This document shows positions 32,491 to 43,203 of a DNA stretch of 64,000 nucleotides, in pieces. Location: NCBI GenBank assembly GCA_963695855.1, contig CAVOHZ010000010.1, positions 704,001-768,000 of the forward strand. Reading direction: 5' to 3'. The DNA is from an uncultured Nitrososphaerales archaeon (GTDB taxonomy: Archaea; Thermoproteota; Nitrososphaeria; Nitrososphaerales; Nitrososphaeraceae). Below the pieces are notes generated by a model. The model did no database searches and had not been told where the DNA came from. It saw only the letters and a program-made list of their open reading frames with translations. The translations under genes were made by a program, and so were the position numbers. The stretch's first letter is position 1. Every line of letters starts with the position of its first letter.

Positions 32491-33867
32491 CTACCTCCAG
32501 GTTTTATTTTTTATTGTGATTGCAGCATAAATTAACAGCCAAGTAAAAAGGAAAGTTGATAATAAATTCATCAATGGTCTGTAAAACCATCTTGAATAAC
32601 CCGGTCTTCTCAATCTAACGTCAATACCATACATTAAACCTGCAAATGCTGCACCGGAAAGATAAACTAAACCACTAAAATAATCTCCTGATAACGGTAA
32701 CAAAATAAGTGATTTTATAATTATATATGGTCTGAATAATCTCAATACTATAGTGACATAATAAAAAATGGCCGCAGGTAACGGTCTCTGCCAATATATT
32801 GAACCGGTAGCAAATATACTTCTAATAAAACTCTTCCGCCATCGTATTTGTTGTTTGATTAGGGAACCTAAGGTATCTGGAACCCCTATCTCTACATTAA
32901 CCTTTAAACTATATTTTAATTTCCATAACTTTATTTTATTATCATTGAATTCAATAGTTGTCTTATTTCTGCGCATATCCTTATCCAAATCTTTCACCTT
33001 TCCAAGGACAAATGCAGTAAGTCTTCTGTCTGTAGCAAATCTAAAATCGATCCCTAAAAAACGATCGTTAGCCCATTTATCCATATATTGTTTAACTGCT
33101 TCTCTTCTAAAAGCAGATAACGCACCAGAACAACAAGTAAGAGATGAAAAGGAACTCTCCATTCCTTTTAGGATTCTATATTGACCATCAAACCAAACAT
33201 CTTGGATTTTTTCTAGTAAATTGCCTTTTTCCGCATTTCGAACTCTTCCATGCGCTGTAATAGCTCCAATTTCCTTATCTGATAGAAATATTTTAACTGC
33301 ATTTGTGATAGCATCTGTTGTCATATTGCAATCACTGTCCATAAAAAAATAAAACTCGCCTTTTGCTATTTTTATAGCTTCTTTTATAGCGTGTTTTTTT
33401 CCTAAATTTACTGGCAAGTCTATTATAACTAAATTTGGATTACTTTTTTTTATCCGCTCTAGAATAATTGGTGTTTTGTCTGTACTTGCATCATTAACTA
33501 CGATGATTTCTTTATATCCATATGACGAATTTGTGCAAGATTCTATGCATCTTTCTATATTTCCTTCTTCATTTTTAACTGGAATAACAATTGATACTAA
33601 CGGGTTCTCCTTTGAGGGATTGTCTTTCTTAATTTCATTAAAGGGATCTCTATATCGCAAGTATGACAAAGAAAATAAGGTAAATAAAATAAATGTTGTA
33701 AGGACACTATAAAAGCCAACTGTAAAATCTATAATAAAAATCATGAAGTATATTTTTATTATCAAAATAATTGCTATAGCAGCAAGTATAAAATATCTCA
33801 ATACCCATCTCCTGTTACTCATTTCACGAGATTTGATTGACCCTTTTTCCATAATCATTTTTATCAC
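32491..33867 (-). CDS. Processive GT2 glycosyltransferase (hyaluronan synthase/NodC-like membrane protein)
   Basis: NDASTD, MDSD, CCSGALSAFR, TDRRLT and QQIRW (QxxRW) motifs; N- and C-terminal TM segments. Confidence 0.88.
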   Translation of the reverse strand: MIKMIMEKGSIKSREMSNRRWVLRYFILAAIAIILIIKIYFMIFIIDFTVGFYSVLTTFILFTLFSLSYLRYRDPFNEIKKDNPSKENPLVSIVIPVKNEEGNIERCIESCTNSSYGYKEIIVVNDASTDKTPIILERIKKSNPNLVIIDLPVNLGKKHAIKEAIKIAKGEFYFFMDSDCNMTTDAITNAVKIFLSDKEIGAITAHGRVRNAEKGNLLEKIQDVWFDGQYRILKGMESSFSSLTCCSGALSAFRREAVKQYMDKWANDRFLGIDFRFATDRRLTAFVLGKVKDLDKDMRRNKTTIEFNDNKIKLWKLKYSLKVNVEIGVPDTLGSLIKQQIRWRKSFIRSIFATGSIYWQRPLPAAIFYYVTIVLRLFRPYIIIKSLILLPLSGDYFSGLVYLSGAAFAGLMYGIDVRLRRPGYSRWFYRPLMNLLSTFLFTWLLIYAAITIKNKTWR

Positions 33868-34135
33868 AATTTCATCCTTTTATGTTGGTTGACATCTTTT
33901 ATACTATTTTTATTTCAGATACGAAATTCGATATTAAATATAATAGTAGATTATATTTAATCTGATTATCATAAAAATTTATTGCGATGTTAATTTTATT
34001 AAAACAAATAGTGTGAATTTATAATGATTATTAAAGAAAGCATATATAGTTAATATTATTTATTTATATTATTATGTATTTATTGTTCACAAACCATTAT
34101 CATCATAACATAGAAATTTTTACATATTATAATCA

Positions 34136-34882
34136 ATGGATGGAATCCGGGTGCGAAAAATGCAAATAGTAAAGGTTAGTTCTGTATCATTCGAATATGG
34201 TTCGGAGAAAATTCTAGACGATATTTCTTTTAGTGTGAATGAAGGTGATTTTCTGGGGATTATTGGACCAAATGGTGCGGGTAAGACCACTTTATTTTTT
34301 TGTATGCTTGGTTTAATAGATGGGTATACTGGTGAAATAAAAATATTTGGGGAAAATATTAGAAGAAATAAGAAAATTTTAAAGCAAATTGGCTATATCC
34401 CACAAAGAAAATCTATTGACAGAAGGTTCCCACTTACTATAAAAGAATTGGTTTCTCTTTCAATTACAAACAAATCATATGTTGACAATGTGGATAAAGT
34501 CTTAAGATATGTTGACCTTTATGATAATCGAAATAAAATAATCGGTCAATTATCTGGTGGACAGCAACAACGTGTTTTAATTGCGAAGGCACTCGTTAAT
34601 AAACCTAAAATGTTGATGTTAGACGAACCAACAAACGAACTTGATCAAACAAGTCAAGATAATTTCTACCTCTTTTTAAAGCAACTGAATGATGAAGAAA
34701 AAATTTCCATTATATGGACATCACACGATCTCGGCGCAGTAAATCGACTCTCTAATAAAATATCCTGTATTAATAAAAAAATGTTTTACCATGGAACAAA
34801 AGACGACTTCTTCTCTAATGATAATAATTTAAAAAAATACTCTGAATCAGAGATGCAAATTCATATGCATAGTCATTATTAA
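34136..34882 (+). CDS. Zn/Mn ABC transporter ATP-binding protein (ZnuC-like)
   Basis: GPNGAGKT, LSGGQQQR, LDEPT and SHD motifs; His-containing C terminus. Confidence 0.9.
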   Translation: MDGIRVRKMQIVKVSSVSFEYGSEKILDDISFSVNEGDFLGIIGPNGAGKTTLFFCMLGLIDGYTGEIKIFGENIRRNKKILKQIGYIPQRKSIDRRFPLTIKELVSLSITNKSYVDNVDKVLRYVDLYDNRNKIIGQLSGGQQQRVLIAKALVNKPKMLMLDEPTNELDQTSQDNFYLFLKQLNDEEKISIIWTSHDLGAVNRLSNKISCINKKMFYHGTKDDFFSNDNNLKKYSESEMQIHMHSHY

Positions 34883-34915
34883 TAAAATGAGAATTGATGT
34901 TGAATGTTGATTTAA

Positions 34916-35737
34916 ATGCAAGAATTTTTTGATTTTTTTTCGTTCGGATATATTCAACGAGCCTTAATCTCAGGGATTTCAATCGCAATAATGTGTTCAT
35001 TAATTGGATTATTTCTTGTTTTACGAAAACAATCACTTTTTGGGGACGCGATTTCTCATATGGCTTTTGGTGGCATAGCTATAGGAACATATTTGAATAT
35101 TTACCCCTTCTGGACTGCAATAATTTTTTCTGCTTCTTCTGCCCTGGCCATAAATAAAATACGATATTACACTAAGCTTAACGCGGATTCAATGGTTGCT
35201 GTCTTGTTATCTTTTGGTCTTGGAATGGGAGTAACTTTGATAAGCGTATCCGATGGTTTTTCTGTTGATTTATTCAGTTTTCTTTTTGGAAGCATCCTGT
35301 TGGTAAGTTATGAAGATGTATTAATCACAGTTGGAATGGTTATTATTGTTACGTCCATAATTGGTTTATTTTTCAAAAAATTCATTTATGTTACTTTTGA
35401 TGAAGATCAAGCAAAAATTAGTGGTTTGCATGTTGAACAACTTGATTATTTATTTATAGTTTTGGTTGCAATAACGGTAATAGTTTCTATGAAGCTAGTT
35501 GGAATTCTTCTTATATCTTCCTTGATAGTCATTCCAAATATTGCATCACTGATGTTAAATCAAGGTTTTAAAAGAACTCTTTTTATTTCTATAATAATAT
35601 CTGCATGTTCTGTTTTCTTTGGGATAATTCTTTCATATTATTTTAATACTGCTCCAAGTGGCATGATCGTATTGTTATCAGTTGGGATTTTTATTGCAGT
35701 TATAATATCCAAATATTTTTATCAAAATATTGCTTAA
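34916..35737 (+). CDS. Zn/Mn ABC transporter permease (ZnuB-like)
   Basis: GDAISH, FLFGSIL and VGILL motifs; hydrophobic. Confidence 0.9.
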   Translation: MQEFFDFFSFGYIQRALISGISIAIMCSLIGLFLVLRKQSLFGDAISHMAFGGIAIGTYLNIYPFWTAIIFSASSALAINKIRYYTKLNADSMVAVLLSFGLGMGVTLISVSDGFSVDLFSFLFGSILLVSYEDVLITVGMVIIVTSIIGLFFKKFIYVTFDEDQAKISGLHVEQLDYLFIVLVAITVIVSMKLVGILLISSLIVIPNIASLMLNQGFKRTLFISIIISACSVFFGIILSYYFNTAPSGMIVLLSVGIFIAVIISKYFYQNIA

Positions 35738-35846
35738 TTTTTTCAGTCATTCTTCAATAGTCAAATAAATATGTGTGTAATGCCTATCCTTGAATGAAAT
35801 ATCCTTCAATGAAAATAAGATGAATTCTATCCATAAAAAGATGTTA

Positions 35847-36542
35847 TTAAGTCATCTCATTTATAACCTGATCAAATACTGAATATGGATATGCTCCCTG
35901 AATTGCAACAGGCGTAGTACCATTGTATAGAATAAAAGACGGAGTACTTGTTAAACCAATACTTCTTGCTAGCTTATCATTTTCACTTACTAAGGAATTG
36001 TATTTATGTGATTCAACACAGTCAGAAAACTTCATTAAATCAGGCACTCTGACGTTATTAGCAAATTGTTTCAAGTTGTCTTTAGTAATCCACCCTGTAT
36101 TCTCTCCATTTGAATTTCTATACAATTCATCATGATAATCCCAGTATTTTCCTTGTTCTGCTGCACAATAAGATGCCTCAGCTGCTAATGTAGACGCCTT
36201 ATCACTAGGAAGATCGTTTACTATAAAATCTTTGAAAATAAATCTAACTTTTCCAGTTTCCACAAAATTTGTGACCAAAGAATTCTTTGTTTCCTTATTA
36301 AAACGTGCGCAAAACGGACATTGATAATCTCCAAATTCAACTATAGTCAATTTTGATTTATCTTCTCCTATACCAGATGCATTAGCAGTTATTGGTTGAA
36401 GCAAATTACGAATGATATCCTGGGTTTGTTCAGAATCTGGAATAGATTTATTTTTGGGAGCAAAATTGAGAAAACCTAGTAAGGTTCCAAGTAACATTAT
36501 TGCCATGAGTGTAATACTCGCAATTACAATTTTTTTCTTCAT
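35847..36542 (-). CDS. DsbA-family thioredoxin-fold oxidoreductase with N-terminal membrane anchor
   Basis: EFGDYQCPFC and TPSF motifs. Confidence 0.9.
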   Translation of the reverse strand: MKKKIVIASITLMAIMLLGTLLGFLNFAPKNKSIPDSEQTQDIIRNLLQPITANASGIGEDKSKLTIVEFGDYQCPFCARFNKETKNSLVTNFVETGKVRFIFKDFIVNDLPSDKASTLAAEASYCAAEQGKYWDYHDELYRNSNGENTGWITKDNLKQFANNVRVPDLMKFSDCVESHKYNSLVSENDKLARSIGLTSTPSFILYNGTTPVAIQGAYPYSVFDQVINEMT

Positions 36543-36642
36543 ATATTATCAATACAATAAAACTTCTTATTAATCATGTGGCTCATAAATAGGTCGATTA
36601 TGTTCAGAACAATTAAATCTTGGTCTGATTGTTTTTACATAT

Positions 36643-36807
36643 ATGAGCACTGGTGGACTAGGGAGTGTTACCTATGACTGCATGAGATGTGGGACTGGTG
36701 TCACCATAGAGGAATTATCAACATTACCGGAAATAAAATGTATTTGTGGTTTCAGAGTATTTAGGAAAGCTAGACAACCTGTAGTAAAACAAATAAAGGC
36801 AATCTAA
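36643..36807 (+). CDS. rpoP: DNA-directed RNA polymerase subunit P (Rpo12)
   Basis: Manual translation MSTGGLGSVTYDCMRCG...IKCICGFRVFRKARQPVVKQIKAI (54 aa); not in the ORF track. Confidence 0.9.
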   Translation: MSTGGLGSVTYDCMRCGTGVTIEELSTLPEIKCICGFRVFRKARQPVVKQIKAI

Positions 36808-36899
36808 TCAATTTTGGGTCCTTTAGTATTGAAAGAAAATTTAAATTAAATTGATAGGGTATAGTTTATTGCCTTCTTAATATTATAATATATTATTAT

Positions 36900-37073
36900 A
36901 TGAAAATAATATGTCCAGATTGTAAAAAAACTGCTCATTTAGCCGATGATTTTACTCTAGTAAAATGCACGTATTGTTCTCTTGAACTAAGTTATGGGGA
37001 ATACGTCAAATATATCGCATACAAAGATCCTAGGTATAGTGATATTTTGAGTGATTACAAGAGAAACACCTGA
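36900..37073 (+). CDS. Small zinc-ribbon protein (57 aa)
   Basis: Manual translation MKIICPDCKKTAHLADDFTLVKCTYCSLELSYGEYVKYIAYKDPRYSDILSDYKRNT; two CxxC motifs. Confidence 0.75.
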   Translation: MKIICPDCKKTAHLADDFTLVKCTYCSLELSYGEYVKYIAYKDPRYSDILSDYKRNT

Positions 37074-37389
37074 AGGTGCTATAAAAATAAAATACTAGCT
37101 ACAAACACTAGAATTCTAGAAGAATTACAAATTTAATTATTTTTGTACCAATAAAAAAATAAATATCCATAATAATGAAAACAGTATTTACGAAAGGATA
37201 AACTGTAGTTATTCTATATAATAGTGTCTATTAATTTCAAACTAAATTTCTAGAAAACAAAAAAGGATTATATATAATCCTTAACAAAATAATAAAATAA
37301 CCATTTGTAATTTTTTGGCGATAAAATACGATACCCTTGTCAAATAATATGTAAAAATAGGGGTAATCTTAAACTAACCACATCCATTA

Positions 37390-38000
37390 CATCTAGAAAA
37401 TACATTAAGAATAGAAATTTGAGAACTCCTCATAATATTATGCACGAATACAAATAATTGAATCCAATTGGAAAATGCTAGGAATCCAATAAATTTTCCT
37501 ACATAGATAATAATAATGAAATTGTTCCTTTCTATCTTTTGCATATTGCATGGTCGTTTCCATTATCTTCTTTTTAAATAAGGAGCATTTTACTCTTGTT
37601 CCAATTTCAAAGAAGTACAGACATGAGAATATCACCTACTACAATCTCGATATATTACCCCTATCATATTTTCAACTCGCGAATATAGAAAGTGTTCAGT
37701 AACAACTATGTTTCTGCACCTTGAAATGTAAGCACAAATTACAATCTATGCACTACTTGAACTGCTACTCATAACCATCATTTTGCGTTTGCGATTTTTA
37801 CCAATGCAGATACTCTTCATAGATAGATTTGTTTTGGATGAACTTTGTAACCGTTCCTAGCTCATATCAATCGCTTTCTATCTACAAATGGTTTTATGCT
37901 GTTGTTACATTACGAAAACTGAATCCCAAAAAATACAAATATAGTTCATACATGATTATCTGGCTGAATGTGCTTTCAGGTTCTGATAATCCCAATATAG
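37390..38000 (-). pseudogene. IS6-like DDE transposase relic
   Basis: Fragments IMYELYLYFLGFSFRN and METTMQYAKDRKEQFHYYYLCRK with many stops and frameshifts; boundaries approximate. Confidence 0.7.
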
Positions 38001-38134
38001 TATCAGAAAATAGTTAAGATATAGTTTTTTCCTCTGTTTTAACATAACAGCGCCATTATTTATCTGAATATCCCAATTTGGTAGAAGTAGCTACTTATTC
38101 ATTTTTATTATTCTTATTTCTATATTTCTATAAA

Positions 38135-38437
38135 ATGAGTATTAGTGAAAAAAAGATTAATGAATTAAGAACAGGAATGAGAGGAATAAATGTTAAAGTA
38201 AAAGTAGATAGCATATCTGAACCAAGAAATGTTAATTTAAGAACTGGTGGTCAAGCCAAGGTAGCAGATGCTCAAGTGTCTGATGAAACAGGCGTTATCA
38301 AATTATCGTTATGGGATGATCAAATCAATATGATTGAAGAAGGTGATATGATATTGATTGAAAATGGCTATACTCACGCGTTCAGAGGAGAAAATAACCT
38401 CAATATAGGAAAATACGGTAAAATTGTAAAACTATAA
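38135..38437 (+). CDS. ssb: Single-stranded DNA-binding protein (single OB fold)
   Basis: DETGVIKLSLW, IENGY and LNIGKYG motifs; ATG at 38135 preferred. Confidence 0.88.
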   Translation: MSISEKKINELRTGMRGINVKVKVDSISEPRNVNLRTGGQAKVADAQVSDETGVIKLSLWDDQINMIEEGDMILIENGYTHAFRGENNLNIGKYGKIVKL

Positions 38438-38539
38438 CGAAAATAGCATAAAAGACGAAATTTTATATATTCCTAAATTATATCAACGAACAGTCCAGTT
38501 CTGAGATAAGTTATAAATGGGAAATATAGAATCGCAAGT

Positions 38540-39079
38540 GTGAACGATAAGGTATTATCTACAAATAAAATTCCAAGCGGAACGATAGACAATATTAATG
38601 TAGTAATTGAGATCCCTAAGGGCAGTAATATCAAATATGAGGTTGATAGGGAAACTGGTGCACTATTTGTTGACAGGAAATTATTTACGGCAATGTGTTA
38701 TCCAACCAATTATGGTTTCATCCCATCTACACTTGAAGGTGACGGTGATCCTGTAGATGTTTTAGTACTGGGAGAATTCACAGTAATTCCACTTTCTGTT
38801 ATTCGGGCAGTTCCGATTGGTGTCCTATATACTGAGGATGAAGAAGGTCAAGATTCCAAAATTATTGCGATCCCCATAAAAAAAATAGATTCAAGTTTTT
38901 TACCAATAAATGACGTTAGTGATATACCAGATATTACCAAAAAACAGATCGAGCATTTCTTTGAACATTATAAGGAATTAGAAGCAGGAAAATATGTGAA
39001 AATTTCTGGATGGGGAAACAAACAGGCAGCTCAAAAAAAGATTTCAGAAGCTATTGACAGATTTTCTAATTCAAATTAA
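38540..39079 (+). CDS. ppa: Inorganic pyrophosphatase
   Basis: EIPKGSNIKYE, YPTNYG, DGDPVD and FFEHYK motifs. Confidence 0.96.
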   Translation: MNDKVLSTNKIPSGTIDNINVVIEIPKGSNIKYEVDRETGALFVDRKLFTAMCYPTNYGFIPSTLEGDGDPVDVLVLGEFTVIPLSVIRAVPIGVLYTEDEEGQDSKIIAIPIKKIDSSFLPINDVSDIPDITKKQIEHFFEHYKELEAGKYVKISGWGNKQAAQKKISEAIDRFSNSN

Positions 39080-39114
39080 ATTCATATTTGAAGTGGAAAA
39101 ACAAATGTATTATG

Positions 39115-40320
39115 TTATAGTGCCTTAAATTGTTCACTCCATCTCATATAAGCTCTGATCATGTCTATGCTAACACTAGGCTTCCTTATCTTTATTATTT
39201 CCTTAAAATCGTTCATCGATACTGGACGAGGATTAGAATCTTCTTCCAATGCCTTACCGCTATCGAATAATTCATTCACAACACGTAGCTGTGCAGCTTG
39301 GCAAATATCTTTAATATCGCTTGCACTATATCCTTGAACAAGTTTAGCAAGATCTTCAATTTTAAGACCTTTTTCCTTCTTTAAGGGTGCTGTATATTGT
39401 TTAAACAAATAATTTCTTGAATCATTATCGGGTAAAGTAACATAAATTCTCTTTTGAAATCTTCTCAGAAAACCTGCTTCCAAGCTCCATGGTTTATTTG
39501 TTGCACCTATCACGTACAATTTAGATTCTTTGGCTTTGTTATTTATTCCATCCATCTCTGTTAGGAATTGATTTTTAACTCTTATCTCTCCTCCGACCTC
39601 TCCATTTCTTGTACCTAACAGAGAATCTATTTCATCTATGAAAAGTAATATCGGGATATTTTCTGTTTCTAGTAATTTATTGGCCATCTTAAATAACTTG
39701 GAAACGTTTTTCTCAGCCTCTCCTAGCCATTTACTCATCATTGCTGCAGCGTCCACATTTATAAAATATCCATCTATTTCGGCAGCAGCAGCTGCAGCCA
39801 ATAAAGTCTTTCCACATCCTGGAGGGCCATAAAGTAATATTCCACGTGGCCATCCGAGAGGAAAAAGATCAGATCTTTTCATTGGATAAACAATGGATTC
39901 ACGTATGGCTCTTTTAGCGTCATCTAACCCAATAACATCTTGCCATGAAACATTGGGCTTTTCTCTCATAACCAGATTATCAAATTCATCACCAAGTTGA
40001 TCTCTAGACTTTTTCCCGTCCATTGCCATTTTTTTTCCATGACTTTCTTGTTCATTTAAAATTAGGTCATCACTTTTATCATCCTCGAGAATGTTGGACA
40101 TCTGTAATGATTTTATTCTATTCATATAAGCATTAGCTCTTTCCATGTAAATTTTATTTAATTTGTATTCTGGATAAATCTGAATTAACTTATTAAGGGC
40201 CTCTATCGCATGTTGATATAATTGAATAGCTTTTATCCTAGAACCTTGAGAGTCTAACCTTATTGCTTCTGCAGCAAATTTACTAGCACTATTTTCTAAT
40301 TCTTGTGGGGCTAAAATCAT
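39115..40320 (-). CDS. cdvC: Vps4/CdvC AAA+ ATPase (MIT + AAA)
   Basis: N-terminal MIT-like helices; GPPGCGKT, SKWLGEAEK, IDEIDS and ATNKPW...RRF motifs. Confidence 0.9.
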   Translation of the reverse strand: MILAPQELENSASKFAAEAIRLDSQGSRIKAIQLYQHAIEALNKLIQIYPEYKLNKIYMERANAYMNRIKSLQMSNILEDDKSDDLILNEQESHGKKMAMDGKKSRDQLGDEFDNLVMREKPNVSWQDVIGLDDAKRAIRESIVYPMKRSDLFPLGWPRGILLYGPPGCGKTLLAAAAAAEIDGYFINVDAAAMMSKWLGEAEKNVSKLFKMANKLLETENIPILLFIDEIDSLLGTRNGEVGGEIRVKNQFLTEMDGINNKAKESKLYVIGATNKPWSLEAGFLRRFQKRIYVTLPDNDSRNYLFKQYTAPLKKEKGLKIEDLAKLVQGYSASDIKDICQAAQLRVVNELFDSGKALEEDSNPRPVSMNDFKEIIKIRKPSVSIDMIRAYMRWSEQFKAL

Positions 40321-40518
40321 AATTTTTATCGACTATCCTAGAATTAATTTGTATTTTTATTACTATTATGTGAATCTTAATTGTTCAACAAACCAAAAAA
40401 TTTGTACCAAATATTTTGTGGATCATCTACATCACTATAGACTATTAGTTTAAAGGTATTATAAATGAACAATAATTATTTTATCTTCTTATATAAGTGA
40501 TAATAGTTTCAAATATTT

Positions 40519-41793
40519 CTATAAAAACGCGGAAATTGTTTGTTGCTTATTATTATCTTTAATTTTTTTTTGATATTCTAATGATTTCTCTAACATTTTT
40601 AAAATTTTCTTATCCTTAGTTTCTTCTACATAAATTACATAAATCAAAGCACTATTTTTATTATTAGATTTCCTAATTACTCTTCCAATTCTCTGAATCA
40701 ATTGATTCATGTTTTGTGTGTTTGAGACTATTATTGCTATACCTACAGAAGGAAGATCAAATCCTATTTCCAAAGTATGAACTGATAATAGCACAAAAAA
40801 TGATTTGCCCCAATCATCTAAAATTGTCATTCTCTGTCGAGATTTAATTTTGTTGTGAATTACTTCAGCCCTTATACTGGATTTGCTAAGCATCTCTCTG
40901 ATCTTATTAATGGATTCAATGGTTTCACTAAAGATCATTATTTTCTCAGTTGGATGGTTTTTAACAATTTTAATAGTTTCATCCAATTTCGACAAAGTCT
41001 CATTCAGTAATTTTTTTCTTTTCTGAACGTATAAAAACCATTGTTTTGCTAATCTCGACTTTATGCCCCCGTATTTTAATAATCTAGAAATTTCAATCGG
41101 ATTAGAAGATTTCAATTTCAACGATATTTCTCTTATTGATTTGGACATATCTTCATATTCTTTTCTCTCCTTAAAATCTAGTTTTACAGGCCTGATTATT
41201 ACTTCCGGTTCAGTTAATCTTCCATCATCTACAGCTTCCTTAATCATATATTTTCTCACAGGCGGTATCAGCGCAATTATTTTGGAATATTTGGGATCTC
41301 TTTCGTCTATTGTAGCTGTTAGACCCAAGATAGCTTTACTGGAATCTTCTTCTAAAATTGAAAAAATATTGCTTAATTTCTTGGCAGTGGAAGAGACAAG
41401 ATGAACTTCGTCTAATATAACCATTTTAGAGTTTCTGATTAGATCAAAATTTCTTATAATGCTTTGATATGTACTAAACGTTATTTCCTTGATATCTTTT
41501 TTCTCGCCATAGAAAACACCGATACATTCTTTTTTTATACCATATTGATTCAATCTTCTGATATTTTGTGCGATCAATACAATACGTGGGACGACAAAAA
41601 GAATATTAAAAGCACCGTGAGAATTTTCTGTTTTTGCTATTCTTCTAGCACATTCAAATGCTATCTCTGTTTTTCCAGTTCCTGTACTGTAAATGATGGA
41701 TCCTCTATTTTGATTTTTTAACCAAGAATTTACGGCTTCTATCTGATCCTTTTCTAAGTTAAATGGAAATTTTAAAGATGTAATTTCTGACAA
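40519..41793 (-). CDS. SF2 helicase (XPB/Rad25-like)
   Basis: STGTGKT, DEVH, LTAT and QRIGR motifs. Confidence 0.88.
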   Translation of the reverse strand: MSEITSLKFPFNLEKDQIEAVNSWLKNQNRGSIIYSTGTGKTEIAFECARRIAKTENSHGAFNILFVVPRIVLIAQNIRRLNQYGIKKECIGVFYGEKKDIKEITFSTYQSIIRNFDLIRNSKMVILDEVHLVSSTAKKLSNIFSILEEDSSKAILGLTATIDERDPKYSKIIALIPPVRKYMIKEAVDDGRLTEPEVIIRPVKLDFKERKEYEDMSKSIREISLKLKSSNPIEISRLLKYGGIKSRLAKQWFLYVQKRKKLLNETLSKLDETIKIVKNHPTEKIMIFSETIESINKIREMLSKSSIRAEVIHNKIKSRQRMTILDDWGKSFFVLLSVHTLEIGFDLPSVGIAIIVSNTQNMNQLIQRIGRVIRKSNNKNSALIYVIYVEETKDKKILKMLEKSLEYQKKIKDNNKQQTISAFL

Positions 41794-41931
41794 ATACTAC
41801 CGAAATATATCTAATGTGATTAATAATTCTAATCAAATGAACTTGTTTTAGATGGTTATTGCAGACTTTCAATCATGGTTTACAATATTAAAGATTATTT
41901 ATTCGAGTATTTTAATACATAACATCTTTCA

Positions 41932-42438
41932 ATGAATGTATTTGTTTTAATGTTGAAGCAAGACGATCCGACTAAATGTACTGCTGCTAAGTTAAAAAAG
42001 TTTCATCTAATTAATTCAACAACATTCATACCTAAAAACACAATTGTTTTAAATGCATTATCTAAAATTGTGCTGTCCAGAGACGATCTAAATAATGGAA
42101 AATCATTATGTGCTATCGATTGTTCGTGGAATTATATCCAAGAAACACTAAATAAATTTAAAATCATAAAAAAAAGAATCGACAGACGTCTTCCTCTCCT
42201 CCTTGCTGGGAATCCAGTAAATTATACTAAGCTGGGAAAATTAACAACAGCAGAGGCCTTGGCTGGGTCTCTTTATATTCTTGGATATCAATCCAGAGCA
42301 GAGAAATTATTGAATAAATTTAAATGGGGGCACACGTTTTTAGAACTGAATTTGGAAATCCTAAAATCATATAGTGAAACACACAGTCCTGAAGAAATTA
42401 AAAAGATTGAAAAGGAATATTTTCCAAATGTATATTAG
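41932..42438 (+). CDS. tsr3: rRNA aminocarboxypropyltransferase Tsr3
   Basis: DDPTKCT, DCSW, RRLPLLLAGNPVNY and FKWGHTFLELN motifs. Confidence 0.93.
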   Translation: MNVFVLMLKQDDPTKCTAAKLKKFHLINSTTFIPKNTIVLNALSKIVLSRDDLNNGKSLCAIDCSWNYIQETLNKFKIIKKRIDRRLPLLLAGNPVNYTKLGKLTTAEALAGSLYILGYQSRAEKLLNKFKWGHTFLELNLEILKSYSETHSPEEIKKIEKEYFPNVY

Positions 42439-42460
42439 ATAATATATATTTTGTAACAAC

Positions 42461-42745
42461 GTGAGCTAGAGCGCGAGTTACTCATAACGAGAGGAAACTC
42501 CTCCCTCATAGCAGGCACCCAAATTAGCGATAATTAGCTGGAGACAGCTGGCAACGTAACAGAAAAGCTATCTAGAAGAGTCTATATATCTGTGATGGTT
42601 AATCGCCTGAGATCCCCTTACCTAGAATGAAACTGACGACCTGGGTGGAGCAAGGCCAAAACGAGTTATAAGGTTCCTGCACTTACTCAGGTTGGCCGCT
42701 TAGCGAAATCTCGCATAAACAGAAGGAGGGTTATTCCTAGCACAC
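42461..42745 (+). ncRNA. rnpB: RNase P RNA (archaeal)
   Basis: Conserved GAGGAAACTCC (CR-I), ACAGAAA, GAGCAAGGCCAAA and AACAGAAGGAGGGTTA (CR-V); P1 pairing GTGAGCTAG/CTAGCACAC; GC-enriched relative to flanks. Confidence 0.92.
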
Positions 42746-42803
42746 CATTGCTTCAAGTGAGTGTTCTAGCAGTAATTATTTATCTTACATTAATAAAATA
42801 AAA

Positions 42804-43145
42804 TTGTCTTTGGTAACAACGATAACAAAAACAACAACAACGCTAAAAGGAGAAGAAGAAAAGATAGATTCGGTCACTAAATCTTCTAAGCCTTTTATCA
42901 ATAAAATGTTAAAGGATTTGGCAAACAAAAACACAGAAAACGCCAATACTATCTGTAACTATATAATTGCTGAACAAACAGAATTCAATATCAAAGATTC
43001 TACCAAGCTTGGAAGGATAAAGGCACTTGTATATTTATCACGTATCTGCAATGATCAGAATTTTAAAGATATCACAAAACAGGATATTTTGGATCATGAG
43101 AGCGTATTATTTTCTATATTATATTATAAGCTCATATATAATTAA
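42804..43145 (+). pseudogene. N-terminal fragment of a tyrosine integrase (catalytic domain missing)
   Basis: ICNYIIAEQTEFNIKDSTKLGRIKALVYLS...FKDITKQDILD resembles, from memory, the N-terminal domain of Nitrososphaeraceae element integrases; lies immediately inside attL. Confidence 0.6.
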
Positions 43146-43203
43146 ATTACAAAACTTAATCCTATTTTCAAAAATGATATATTGAATAATTTTCTCTTAA
43201 ATA

